Part shown: piece after piece, positions 17,767-26,714 of the stretch
Position numbering within the stretch: the first letter of the stretch is position 1
Layout: every line of letters starts with the position of its first letter
Source: a bacterium
Lineage (GTDB): Bacteria > UBA10199 > 2-02-FULL-44-16 > JAAZCA01
Length of the DNA stretch: 64,000 bases
Assembly: GCA_021810905.1 (NCBI GenBank)
Contig: JAJZQH010000007.1
Span: forward strand, 70,455 to 134,454
Direction: 5' to 3'
Notes under the pieces: model-generated
The model's database searches: none
Seen by the model: the letters and a program-made list of their open reading frames with translations, nothing else
Told to the model about the DNA's origin: nothing
Program-made: the position numbers and the translations under genes

Positions 17767-18696
17767 ATGCGCTCACACTCCCACAGCCCCAAGGAATTCC
17801 AGTGCCACTATCCGCAGCGGCCGGCTGACTCGGCTTACTGCTCGCTGGAACAGAGGCGGCTCATAATCTCTATCGTCATCACCGGCCTCACGATGGTGTT
17901 GGAGATCATAGGCGGCATCTGGAGCGGATCTCTCGCGCTGCTCTCCGACGCCGGCCACATGTTCTCGCACCTCTTCGCCCTCGGTGTGAGCTATTTCGCC
18001 ATCCTGCTCGCGTGCAGGCCGGCCACGGAGGAGCAGAGCTTCGGCTTCTATCGCGCCGAAATCCTCGCTGCGCTCGCAAACGGGATCACGCTAATCATCA
18101 TAGTAGTATGGATTCTCTATGAGGCCTGGGAGCGGCTTCAACACCCCGCCATGGTATCAGGCACGCACATGTTCATCATCGCCACGATCGGCCTCATCGT
18201 CAATGCGATCACGGCGCTACTTTTGCGCGACGCCTCGCACCACGATCTCAACATACGCGGAGCCTTCATCCACGTGCTGGGCGACCTGGGTTCGTCCGTT
18301 GGCGTCGTGATTGCGGCTTTGCTCATATGGTGGACCGGCTGGGCAGCTATCGATCCGATAGTCTCGGCGATGATCGCGCTCGTGATACTGTGGTGGTCGG
18401 GAAAAGTTTTGTGGGACGCGGTGAGAATCCTGCTGCAATCTATGCCCAGGCACCTCACGCATGATGCGATCAGGCGCGCCATCATGGATGAGGTCCCGGA
18501 GGTCCACGACGTCCACCACATCCACGTCTGGGAACTCACATCTCACATGTACGTGATGACCGCACATGCCGAGGTGGACGACATGCCCCTCAGCTCCGTG
18601 GCCGCAATCCGCGAGCGCGTTCAAACCGTTCTGGCCGACCGCTTCTGCATCACTCATGCGGACATCCAGTTCGAAACGGTGGATCGTGGTTCGTGA
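17767..18696 (+). CDS. cation diffusion facilitator (CzcD/ZitB-like) metal efflux transporter
   Basis: LSDAGHMFSHL, HVLGDLGSSVGVV, six TM segments and a C-terminal cytoplasmic domain with HHIHVWELT. Confidence 0.9.
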   Translation: MRSHSHSPKEFQCHYPQRPADSAYCSLEQRRLIISIVITGLTMVLEIIGGIWSGSLALLSDAGHMFSHLFALGVSYFAILLACRPATEEQSFGFYRAEILAALANGITLIIIVVWILYEAWERLQHPAMVSGTHMFIIATIGLIVNAITALLLRDASHHDLNIRGAFIHVLGDLGSSVGVVIAALLIWWTGWAAIDPIVSAMIALVILWWSGKVLWDAVRILLQSMPRHLTHDAIRRAIMDEVPEVHDVHHIHVWELTSHMYVMTAHAEVDDMPLSSVAAIRERVQTVLADRFCITHADIQFETVDRGS

Positions 18697-18776
18697 CTCG
18701 TGGATCGTGAATCGTGAAGGCCTCAAGTGCTCGGGCGGTTTTGCGATCCGCGAATCACAAATCACGATCCACGCGC
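18679..18776. repeat. heptamer-arm hairpin, type-1 loop (GAAGGCCTCAAGTGCTCGGGCGGTTTT)
   Basis: Arms are GGTGGATCGTGGTTCGTGACTCGTGGATCGTGAATCGTGAAGG and TTTTGCGATCCGCGAATCACAAATCACGATCCACGCG. They overlap the 3' ends of both convergent genes, and both proteins end in RGS*. Confidence 0.75.
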
Positions 18777-21700
18777 CTTTTTCATCACCTTGTAAAAATA
18801 TCCCTGGCTCACGCGCAGATTGGCGATTGCGGCGGTAGGCTTGTTGCCTGACGCCTGCAGCGCAGCTGCAAAGACAAGCGGGAGATATTCGTCAAGCTTG
18901 GCGCCTCGCTCGTAGACGAACGCGCCGCGATAGGAATCGGACTTTCGATCCTCCAAACCGTATTCCTTGATTCGACTGTATAGAGTTGTTACGGCGATAC
19001 CCAGTTCGACCGCTGCGGGCCGCGCCTTGAATCCGTTCGCTTCGTAGCACTTGGCCATGATCACGCGCTCGTAATCGCGCCACGATTTACGCGCATCATA
19101 TTCGTTATATTCGTCGATGCGCGCTAGCGGCGCCGCTGTTTCTCCGCCGCGAGCAGGCGCCGCATCCAAAGGCCATTCCTTTCGTCGTTCCTTCGCAGGG
19201 CGCTGCGGCGCAATGGACGCTCGCGCCAACGGATGGTTGTCCGGTATCGCGCGCTCGTCTATCACATCCCCTTCCGATAGCGCGCAGCATACCTGCATCA
19301 GATTCTGCAGCTCGCGCACGTTGCCCGGCCAGTCGTAAGAGAGCAGGCGCCGCATGAACCTCGGGTGCACTTCGAGGCCTCGGCCCGGCGCGGTTTCGGC
19401 TATAAATCTCACGGCGAGTTCCGCGATATCCTCGGGTCTCTCTCGCAGCGGCGGCACCTCTATCTTTATCTGGCATATTCGATAATAGAGGTCTTCGCGA
19501 AATCCCCCTGACTGAACCATCTCTTCCACGTCCTGGTTGGACGCGGTTATCACGCGCAGATCCACGTTCACGGGTTTGGTGTCGCCGATGCGCGTGCATT
19601 CTCGTTCCTGAAGCACGCGAAGCAGTTTCACCTGAAGTTCGGGCGCAAGATCGCTCACCTCGTCCAGAAAGAGCGTGCCGCCGTTCGATTCCTCTATGAG
19701 GCCGCGCTTGTCTCGCGTGGCGCCGGTGAATGCCCCTGCCTTGTAGCCGAAGAGCTCCGATTCTATGAGCGTCGCCGGGATGGCGCCGCAGTTTATCGCC
19801 ACGAATTTTCCCAGGCGGCGCTTTGCGTGGTTCGCGTGCAGCGCCCTGGCAATCAATTCTTTGCCGGAGCCCGATTCTCCGCAGATGAAGACCGACAGAT
19901 CCGTATCAGCGATCTTGTCCAGCGTCCTGAATATCCTCTGCATCGCGGGGCTTCTGCCGGCAATCGCTCCATAGTCGAATTTGAATCCGGCAGGCTCGCG
20001 GCCCAGAAGCGCCTCATATCGCTCGGCGCGGCGCGACGCATCCGCCAGCTCGCCGGAGAGCGTATTCTGTCTTTGCGCCGATGCAGCGAGCAGCTTCGCC
20101 GTCTCTATGGCGAGTCCAACCTGATCGGTGAACGCGTCGAGCAGCGTCATATCCGCGTGCGAGAACGCACCAACGTGGAAGCGGTTTTCAAGATAGAGGA
20201 CTCCGATTATCATCTTTCTCGCGCGCACCGGAAGACATAATATTGAACGCAGGGAATGAACTGCGACCGATTCTTCTTTTGAGAAGCGCTCATCCGTCAC
20301 GGCATCGTCCGTTCTTATCGGAAATCCTCCTTCGAGCACCCGCCTTGCGACCGTGCGGCTGAACGCCAGCTCGCCCTCGCGCGATTCCATGTTCCTCTGG
20401 CACGCGGAAGTTATATCCCCGTCGTCGCCCGTAAGCAGGATTGCGCCCGCCTCGGCTCCCGTGAACTCAAGTGCGTAGAAGAGCACCGTCTTGAGCACGT
20501 AGTCCAGATCGCTCTCGGCCGCTATGAGTTTGTTTATCTCAAGAATCCTGCGATAGCCGGAAGACGTATCCTGCGTTACGGGTTGAACCTGCATCGGCTG
20601 AGAAGGAGCGGTTTCGCCGGGAGCCTCCGCCCGGGAAATTGCAGCGGAAAGAGCAGCGTCGGTTTTGGAACCTATGCGCCCCCTGAGTTCTTCGAGCGCC
20701 CCCTTTTCAGCGCTGCTCGATGCGAGCGGTTCCAGCATGGAGATGATGTCCGCGAGCTCGCCCTTGCGCTTCTGCTCATGCGCCACTTCCGCGAGCGCCG
20801 TCATGATCCAGAAGCGCTGCGACGAGGCCTGTTGAACGCGCGACGCGATACCGCGCGCCTCCTCCAGCCTCTCGCGCGCCTCGTCGTATCTTCCGCCCCG
20901 CCGCGCGATGTCGCCCAGCTCCAACAGGCCCCTTGAGAGCGCGGCCCAGTCCGCGGCCCCCTTGGACGGCATGCTCCTCAGGTACTCCACCGCGGGAACG
21001 AGATGATCGAGCGCCGCCTCTATCCTTTCGCGCGCGGCCTCAACTATGCCCATGTTGATCGCGATTGCGGCGCCGCCCCGCATGTCGCCGATCATCTCGT
21101 GCAGGGCCATTCCGCGCTCGTAAAACACGACGCACTGATCGGCATCTCCGCTGATCTGGCAGGCGTTGCCGAGCCCGTTGTAGGCGCGCAGCATGAGCTC
21201 CGTGTTATGCGATCTGCGGCAGACCTCTATGCACCGCTGATATTCCTCGACTGCCGCACCGTATTCTCCCTTCGCCTGTGCGAGTTGGGCGAGATTGTAA
21301 TGCGCCCTGCCGAGCAGGAGGTCGTCGCCCATATTCTGCGCCTTCGTGAGATCTTCCGCCAGAATCTCACCCGCAGCGGAAATCTCGCCGCGCGCTACAA
21401 GCACTATTCCAAGGTCATTGTTTGTAACGGGCCTTGCATCCGGAGGGAGATTTGCCGCAGCAATGCGCGTCTTTGAAAATATCTCCTTCGCCTCGTCGAG
21501 CCTGCCTTCGAGGTAATGGATGCTGCCTATAAAATTTTCTATGGAGATCTCGCGCGATCTGTCTCCTCCCGCCTGATTGAGCGCCGCGCCCGCGTCGTGC
21601 AGTGCAGCCCTCGCGCGGTCCATCTCGGCCAGCTTGATGTACGTGCCACCCAGTCGGATGAGCACTTCGGCCCGCCACCTTGCCATCGCATCGCTCTGCG

Positions 21701-23825
21701 CGCACGCGGCTATGAGCGCCTCTACTGCGGAGAAGTGTTCGGTCGCGGTGGTGTAAGAATGGCTTATGAGATACGCCTCGCCGAGTTCCATCTGAACAGC
21801 CACGCAGCGCTCTACGTCGTCTTCGGGAACGAGCTTCAGCGCGCGCGCGAGAAAAAGCGCCGCCTGCTCGCCGCGGCCGGCCTTGAGCGCCTTTTCGCCA
21901 AGAGCTGTCGCGGCTTCGAGCGCCGCCTTTTGATCGGAGCCCCTGCTCACGTGTTCGAGTATTTCATCTTCGCTGCCGTTCGCCGCCGTAAGAGACGCGG
22001 CGATTGCGTCATGCAGCCTCAGGCGACGCTCCGAGGGGAGAGATTCGTAGATCGCCTGACCCATGAGGGCATTGTGGAAGCGGACTGCAAATCCCTCGGC
22101 GCGGTCGAGAATTCCATCGCGCAAGAGATCGGGCACCGCGCCCCTTGCCGCTGGATTGCCGCTCCACTCGGACAGTTCGACCGCGGTAGCTGGGCGTCCT
22201 GCCACGGCCAGCGCCTCGACCAGCGCCCGCCCATCGCTTCCCAGCATCGACTCGCGCTCGAGCAGCAGATCGCCGACTGTGCGCGGAATCACGGCCTTTG
22301 AAAAATCCACGCCCACGTCTTCGAATATCGTCTCGTTCCACCTCCCTCGCTCGTCGAAGAGCCCTCCGCCCGCTATGAGCGACTTCAATAGCTCGGTGAC
22401 AAAGAGCGGATTTCCCTCCGTTCGCTCGTAGAGGCCGTTCAGCAGCGGGGCCGGTGGGCTTGGAAGGCCGGTGAGCGACACCAGATATTCGCCGAGCTCG
22501 CCGCGCGTGAACGGCTCCACTACGACGCGCAAAGGAAGCATCGCTTCGAGAGTCGCCTTTGAGGTCTCGTCCGGAATAGATCTCGCCGCAACGGCTATCC
22601 ATGCGGACGCCGAGGGCGCGGGCCTTCTCGCCCTGGTTATCAGCGTGAGCAGCCGCACCCTCGCGACTTCGTCGTCGGCCAAGGCCTGCAGATCGTCGAG
22701 CATGAATATTGCCGGCCCCTTGCCTTCGGAGAGGTGTTTCGCGAGCGCATCGCACCACTCGGAAAATCTTGCCGCCTCCGAAGCGCTGGCCCACTCCACC
22801 CGAAGCTCCTTGAGCTGCGACCGATACTTGAGTTCCTTGAGCAGGCGCGTCTTTCCGCAACCGACGTCACCCATCACCAGGCAACCGCTGGATGCGCCGA
22901 GCGCGCCCTTTATTCGCGCTATCTCTTCTTCCATCTTCCACAGTTCGCCCGTCCGCCCCACGAAGCGTCCTTCGTCAGGGAGATAGGAGAGCAGCGTCTC
23001 GCGCGTCTCAAACGGATACTTGTCTCCGACGTGCCTGTTGATCTCGCGTATCACAGCAGACGCGTTGGGAAAGCGGTTCGCAGGATTCTTCTCCAGCAGC
23101 CGCATGACGATCGCATCGATCCAGGTGGGAAGAGTCGGGACAAGTTTTGAAGGAAGCGGCGGTACGAAATGAAGCTGACGCGAGAGCGTCTCGCTATTCT
23201 CTGTGCATCGAAAAGGATTGCGGCGCGTGAGCGCCGAATACCAGAGCACCCCCAGCGAATAGAGATCCGCCCTGTTGTCCGCGCGCTCCCGCGCCACGAT
23301 CTCGGGCGCCATGTACGAAGGCGTGCCTATGAGCCTGCCCCGCGGGTCTATTCCGGCCAATCCGAAATCGATAATCTTTACCTCGGGGCGCTCCTTCTCC
23401 ACGACTAGAACGTTCGCAGCTTTTATGTCGAAGTGATAGATGCGATACGAGTGGAGATATGAGAGCGCACGCAGCGCCTGCACGATGAGGCCGGTCATCG
23501 TCTCAAGATTGAAACCTTCGGAGGCCTTGATGATGTCTTTGCCTTCGATCAGTTCTGTCGTGTAATAGTATCGTTCGAGAGATTCATCGAATCCAAAGTC
23601 GAGTATCTCGGCTATGTTCGGGTGGCGCATGTCCTTGAGGACTGAAAATTCATTCTTGAACTCGTCCAGCGCGGATTTCTTGAGCGAGTCGATAGTGCTC
23701 TTCAGAAGCTTGAGCGCGCACCTGCCCCCTGGCCCTTCAACGAGATAGACATCGCTGAATCCACCGCCGCCAAGCTTTTCTATGATCCTGTATTTTGCGT
23801 CGATGTTCTTGATAACCTGTTCCAA
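18762..23825 (-). CDS. multidomain regulator: Ser/Thr protein kinase, AAA_16/STAND ATPase, TPR array, GAF, sigma-54 AAA+ activator, two Fis-type HTH
   Basis: Kinase: GGGGFSDVY, ALKLLK, HFDIKAANVLV, DFGLA, GTPSYMAPE. P-loop: GDVGCGKT. Long TPR-like region, then GAF. Sigma-54 module: GESGSGKELIARALH, ESELFGY, GAFTGA (nt 19719-19736), GGTLFLDEV. HTH: AAVELGIAVTTLYSRIKEYGL and AAIANLRVSQGYFYKVMKK. Confidence 0.9.
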   Translation of the reverse strand: MEQVIKNIDAKYRIIEKLGGGGFSDVYLVEGPGGRCALKLLKSTIDSLKKSALDEFKNEFSVLKDMRHPNIAEILDFGFDESLERYYYTTELIEGKDIIKASEGFNLETMTGLIVQALRALSYLHSYRIYHFDIKAANVLVVEKERPEVKIIDFGLAGIDPRGRLIGTPSYMAPEIVARERADNRADLYSLGVLWYSALTRRNPFRCTENSETLSRQLHFVPPLPSKLVPTLPTWIDAIVMRLLEKNPANRFPNASAVIREINRHVGDKYPFETRETLLSYLPDEGRFVGRTGELWKMEEEIARIKGALGASSGCLVMGDVGCGKTRLLKELKYRSQLKELRVEWASASEAARFSEWCDALAKHLSEGKGPAIFMLDDLQALADDEVARVRLLTLITRARRPAPSASAWIAVAARSIPDETSKATLEAMLPLRVVVEPFTRGELGEYLVSLTGLPSPPAPLLNGLYERTEGNPLFVTELLKSLIAGGGLFDERGRWNETIFEDVGVDFSKAVIPRTVGDLLLERESMLGSDGRALVEALAVAGRPATAVELSEWSGNPAARGAVPDLLRDGILDRAEGFAVRFHNALMGQAIYESLPSERRLRLHDAIAASLTAANGSEDEILEHVSRGSDQKAALEAATALGEKALKAGRGEQAALFLARALKLVPEDDVERCVAVQMELGEAYLISHSYTTATEHFSAVEALIAACAQSDAMARWRAEVLIRLGGTYIKLAEMDRARAALHDAGAALNQAGGDRSREISIENFIGSIHYLEGRLDEAKEIFSKTRIAAANLPPDARPVTNNDLGIVLVARGEISAAGEILAEDLTKAQNMGDDLLLGRAHYNLAQLAQAKGEYGAAVEEYQRCIEVCRRSHNTELMLRAYNGLGNACQISGDADQCVVFYERGMALHEMIGDMRGGAAIAINMGIVEAARERIEAALDHLVPAVEYLRSMPSKGAADWAALSRGLLELGDIARRGGRYDEARERLEEARGIASRVQQASSQRFWIMTALAEVAHEQKRKGELADIISMLEPLASSSAEKGALEELRGRIGSKTDAALSAAISRAEAPGETAPSQPMQVQPVTQDTSSGYRRILEINKLIAAESDLDYVLKTVLFYALEFTGAEAGAILLTGDDGDITSACQRNMESREGELAFSRTVARRVLEGGFPIRTDDAVTDERFSKEESVAVHSLRSILCLPVRARKMIIGVLYLENRFHVGAFSHADMTLLDAFTDQVGLAIETAKLLAASAQRQNTLSGELADASRRAERYEALLGREPAGFKFDYGAIAGRSPAMQRIFRTLDKIADTDLSVFICGESGSGKELIARALHANHAKRRLGKFVAINCGAIPATLIESELFGYKAGAFTGATRDKRGLIEESNGGTLFLDEVSDLAPELQVKLLRVLQERECTRIGDTKPVNVDLRVITASNQDVEEMVQSGGFREDLYYRICQIKIEVPPLRERPEDIAELAVRFIAETAPGRGLEVHPRFMRRLLSYDWPGNVRELQNLMQVCCALSEGDVIDERAIPDNHPLARASIAPQRPAKERRKEWPLDAAPARGGETAAPLARIDEYNEYDARKSWRDYERVIMAKCYEANGFKARPAAVELGIAVTTLYSRIKEYGLEDRKSDSYRGAFVYERGAKLDEYLPLVFAAALQASGNKPTAAIANLRVSQGYFYKVMKKARGS

Positions 23826-24042
23826 TACGCCTCCTTGTGCCGTGTCTATGTGCCAAGCAAGGATATAATATCACAATTCAAACAACGATCACTGCACATT
23901 CTTTTTATAGTATATATTACGTTTATTACTTAAATCGAACCATTTGTTTGATTTGGAGGTGATATATATACTCCATATTTTGAATTTTACCGTTATACGA
24001 TGTAACTCGATAATTATTAAGAAAAAATATTTAACAGACAAC

Positions 24043-24058
24043 TGGCATCCATATTGCT
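24043..24058 (+). promoter_or_regulatory. sigma-54 (-24/-12) promoter
   Basis: TGGCATCCATATTGCT has GG and GC with exact consensus spacing (TGGCAC-N5-TTGCW). It sits ~50 nt upstream of the 24108 start, in an AT-rich spacer divergent from the sigma-54 activator gene. Confidence 0.65.
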
Positions 24059-24107
24059 AAAATATCAAGGTGGTAGAGGGAAGATATAACGTCAGGGGGA
24101 AGCCCAG

Positions 24108-25721
24108 ATGAAGATCAATAACATCATCAAAATACCATTCATTCTCGCCTTCATTATAGGCGCTTTGTACACGGCCGGCTGCGGAGCGTCGGCATCCTCG
24201 GCCCCACCGGTTGATCTCCCCGCACCGATCACTGGAAGGGTCGACGTGTCGGCGCCTGACGCAAACGGCAACGTCACGATCACGGGCGTCGAAGGAGCGG
24301 TGCCTGCGGGCACCACGGTCGTAGCGATAAACGATAGCGTAGCAACCTCTGCAACGTTGAAATTCCTGGATAGGTTAGTCGCCAATGCCTATGCCCAGGA
24401 ACTGGGACTGCCCGTTATCTGCAGCGATCTGGGATATGCGTGCACAGTGGCCGGAACTGACGGATCGTTCGTGCTGGTAATCGCCGCGAGCGAGGGCGAT
24501 ATAATACGGCTGGGTCTGATCGATCCTACTTCCGGTGCATTCATCAGCGAATTCATCCAGATACTCGTCCCGTCGTCAGGCACGCCGCTGCCGCAGGCAA
24601 ACTGCGCCGGTCAGGGAGTGAGCGGCTCCGTAGTCGACGTGAAGATCGCACCAACTCTGGGCGTGCCCATACTGCTCAAGCAGGGGAGCGACACCAGCAC
24701 CAACGAACTGGTCATCGGATTATCGACGCCGGTCACCATACCGATAACCGGCTGCTTTGCGCATTCGCTCGCCCTTTTCAAAAGCGCAACCGCCGATGCG
24801 ATCGCGGTCACAAGCAAGGACGACAAGATCCTGTGGACCGCGAAACTCGCGAGCGGTGCGGTGTCCGGTGCACGCAGCTTTACGCTTGCAAAAGAACCTA
24901 TGCATACGATGTTCGTAGACTCGCGGACGAGCCTGCTCGTCGCGCTCAAGACCGTCGACACGGTTGAACTCGCATCCATATCGCTCGGCACGGGCGAAGT
25001 GCTGGCTACGATGTCCCCGCAGGTTGTGGGCGGCACCACGATCACCGGGCTAACCAGGAGCACAGACCTGGACATAAAGGCCATGGAGCAGGGTGTATAT
25101 CAGAATAACTACGTTGGGATGCTCATCGCGGACAACGGCAGTGGAGCAGGTGCATATGTAACTATATTTGTGCCTCAGACGCTTTCGCACAAGGGGAGCT
25201 GGGGCATAGCGGAAATAAACTCGGCTAATGCCAACGCCCCGATCGACACGATAGACGCCGGCGCCCTCTTCATTTCAGCTGCGGGCCAGAATGTTATGAG
25301 ATTCTCCGTGCTCGGCAATTCATCGGTATTGGGAAGCATTGAAGAAACCTACAATATCCAGGTATCGCCTACCATCCCTCTGTTCTTTACGGGCAGCATT
25401 GATGGTCTGACTTCCCTTTTATCGCCGCCACTGCATGTCAAATTCAATCGTTGCGTCAATGAAACCTTGCGCAACATAGCGATCTCCCAGAATATAGAAA
25501 CAGGCAAGATATCGCCGGCGATAAGCCTTATCACAACAACGTCCGGAAGCCTGTGCTTGGACCAGCTGGAGACTGACAACCCGCCGGCTCCGGTCGCGCC
25601 TGTCTGGACTTCCGGGGACGACATAGTCGCCATTGCGGTCGATACTGTTACAAAGCAGATATTCGGCGCCGACAACACTATCGGAGCGGCGCTCAATGGC
25701 AGCAGTTACTACACATGGTAA
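24108..25721 (+). CDS. hypothetical lipoprotein (predicted sigma-54-dependent target)
   Basis: MKINNIIKIPFILAFIIGALYTAGC lipobox signal, preceded by GGGGGAAG. The sequence is Thr/Ser/Val/Gly-rich and strand-like. I recognise no family. Confidence 0.65.
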   Translation: MKINNIIKIPFILAFIIGALYTAGCGASASSAPPVDLPAPITGRVDVSAPDANGNVTITGVEGAVPAGTTVVAINDSVATSATLKFLDRLVANAYAQELGLPVICSDLGYACTVAGTDGSFVLVIAASEGDIIRLGLIDPTSGAFISEFIQILVPSSGTPLPQANCAGQGVSGSVVDVKIAPTLGVPILLKQGSDTSTNELVIGLSTPVTIPITGCFAHSLALFKSATADAIAVTSKDDKILWTAKLASGAVSGARSFTLAKEPMHTMFVDSRTSLLVALKTVDTVELASISLGTGEVLATMSPQVVGGTTITGLTRSTDLDIKAMEQGVYQNNYVGMLIADNGSGAGAYVTIFVPQTLSHKGSWGIAEINSANANAPIDTIDAGALFISAAGQNVMRFSVLGNSSVLGSIEETYNIQVSPTIPLFFTGSIDGLTSLLSPPLHVKFNRCVNETLRNIAISQNIETGKISPAISLITTTSGSLCLDQLETDNPPAPVAPVWTSGDDIVAIAVDTVTKQIFGADNTIGAALNGSSYYTW

Positions 25722-25724
25722 AAA

Positions 25725-25846
25725 TCAGAAGTCAGAATACAGAAGTCAGAATACAGAAGTCAGAATACAGAATACTATCTGAATAGGCCTCAACACCTTG
25801 CCGTCTTTATTCTGACTTCTGTATTCTGGATTCTGACTTCTGTAGT
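25725..25846. repeat. hairpin with arms of tandem CAGAAGTCAGAATA units
   Basis: Three direct 14-nt units form the 5' arm, and the complementary ATTCTGACTTCTGTATTCTGGATTCTGACTTCTGTA forms the 3' arm. The loop TAGGCCTCAACACCTTGCCGTCTTT resembles the type-1 loops at 18721 and 35213. Confidence 0.8.
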
Positions 25847-25854
25847 ACCCGCGC

Positions 25855-26598
25855 ATGAATGACGGACCGATCATAATTCATGAAGATGACTGCCTGCTCG
25901 TAGTCTATAAACCCGGGGGCATGCCCGCGGTATCGCTCAAGAGCGGAGAACGCGGAACGCTCGCCTCATGGATTTTGGATATCTATCCTGAACAAGCCGA
26001 AATCGGACCTGGAAATCGCGAGGCAGGACTGTGCCACCGCCTTGATAACGACACGTCCGGGCTCATGGTGGCGGCACGCACGGCGCAATCCTATGAATCG
26101 CTGCGCGCGCAGTTTATTTCGGGAGAGATCGTCAAAGAATATACCGCTCTCGTTATCGGAATTCCTCCAGAAGAGTGCGCTATCGACGCGCCCATCGCAC
26201 ATCATCCGCGAAAGAAGGCGAAGATGGTCGTTTGCGATTCCGCAGCGCGCGCGGATGAATGGAAGGGGCGGCCCGCGCGCACATTTTTTTCAGTCGTCAA
26301 GAGATACGAACTGAATGACAAGGGACGAACCACGCATTACGCGCTTGTCTCCGTGCGAATTGAAACCGGTGTGCGGCACCAGATCCGCGCGCATATGGCG
26401 CACGTCGGCCATCCGCTCGCAGGAGACTGGCTCTACCAGAATCCCGCCAAGCGCGCCGCTGACACATTGCCGCTCGCACGTCACTTCCTGCATTGCAGCA
26501 GACTCTCATTCAGGCATCCGGCGAGCGGAGGGCTCATGAGCTTTACCTCCCCGCTGCCGGATGAGCTCCAAGATGCGCTTAACCTCATGACGGAATAA
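25855..26598 (+). CDS. RluA-family pseudouridine synthase
   Basis: HRLDNDTSGLMVAART carries the catalytic Asp motif, and GVRHQIRAHMAHVGHPLAGD is present. Confidence 0.9.
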   Translation: MNDGPIIIHEDDCLLVVYKPGGMPAVSLKSGERGTLASWILDIYPEQAEIGPGNREAGLCHRLDNDTSGLMVAARTAQSYESLRAQFISGEIVKEYTALVIGIPPEECAIDAPIAHHPRKKAKMVVCDSAARADEWKGRPARTFFSVVKRYELNDKGRTTHYALVSVRIETGVRHQIRAHMAHVGHPLAGDWLYQNPAKRAADTLPLARHFLHCSRLSFRHPASGGLMSFTSPLPDELQDALNLMTE

Positions 26599-26714
26599 CG
26601 CGGAGTAATGGTACACAGCAAGCGCCGGTCTCGACCCCTCGCCGGACGAACGGGAACGCGATGGCTCGCGTTCATCGGATTGACATGGGGGCCGTCTGTT
26701 ACTATACAGTCCGC

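Noticed and set aside
25725-25846. Tandem 14-nt repeats considered as a possible CRISPR array
   Set aside because: The units are contiguous with no spacers and are far shorter than CRISPR repeats. They are mirrored by a complementary arm, so this is a hairpin. No cas genes are in the window.
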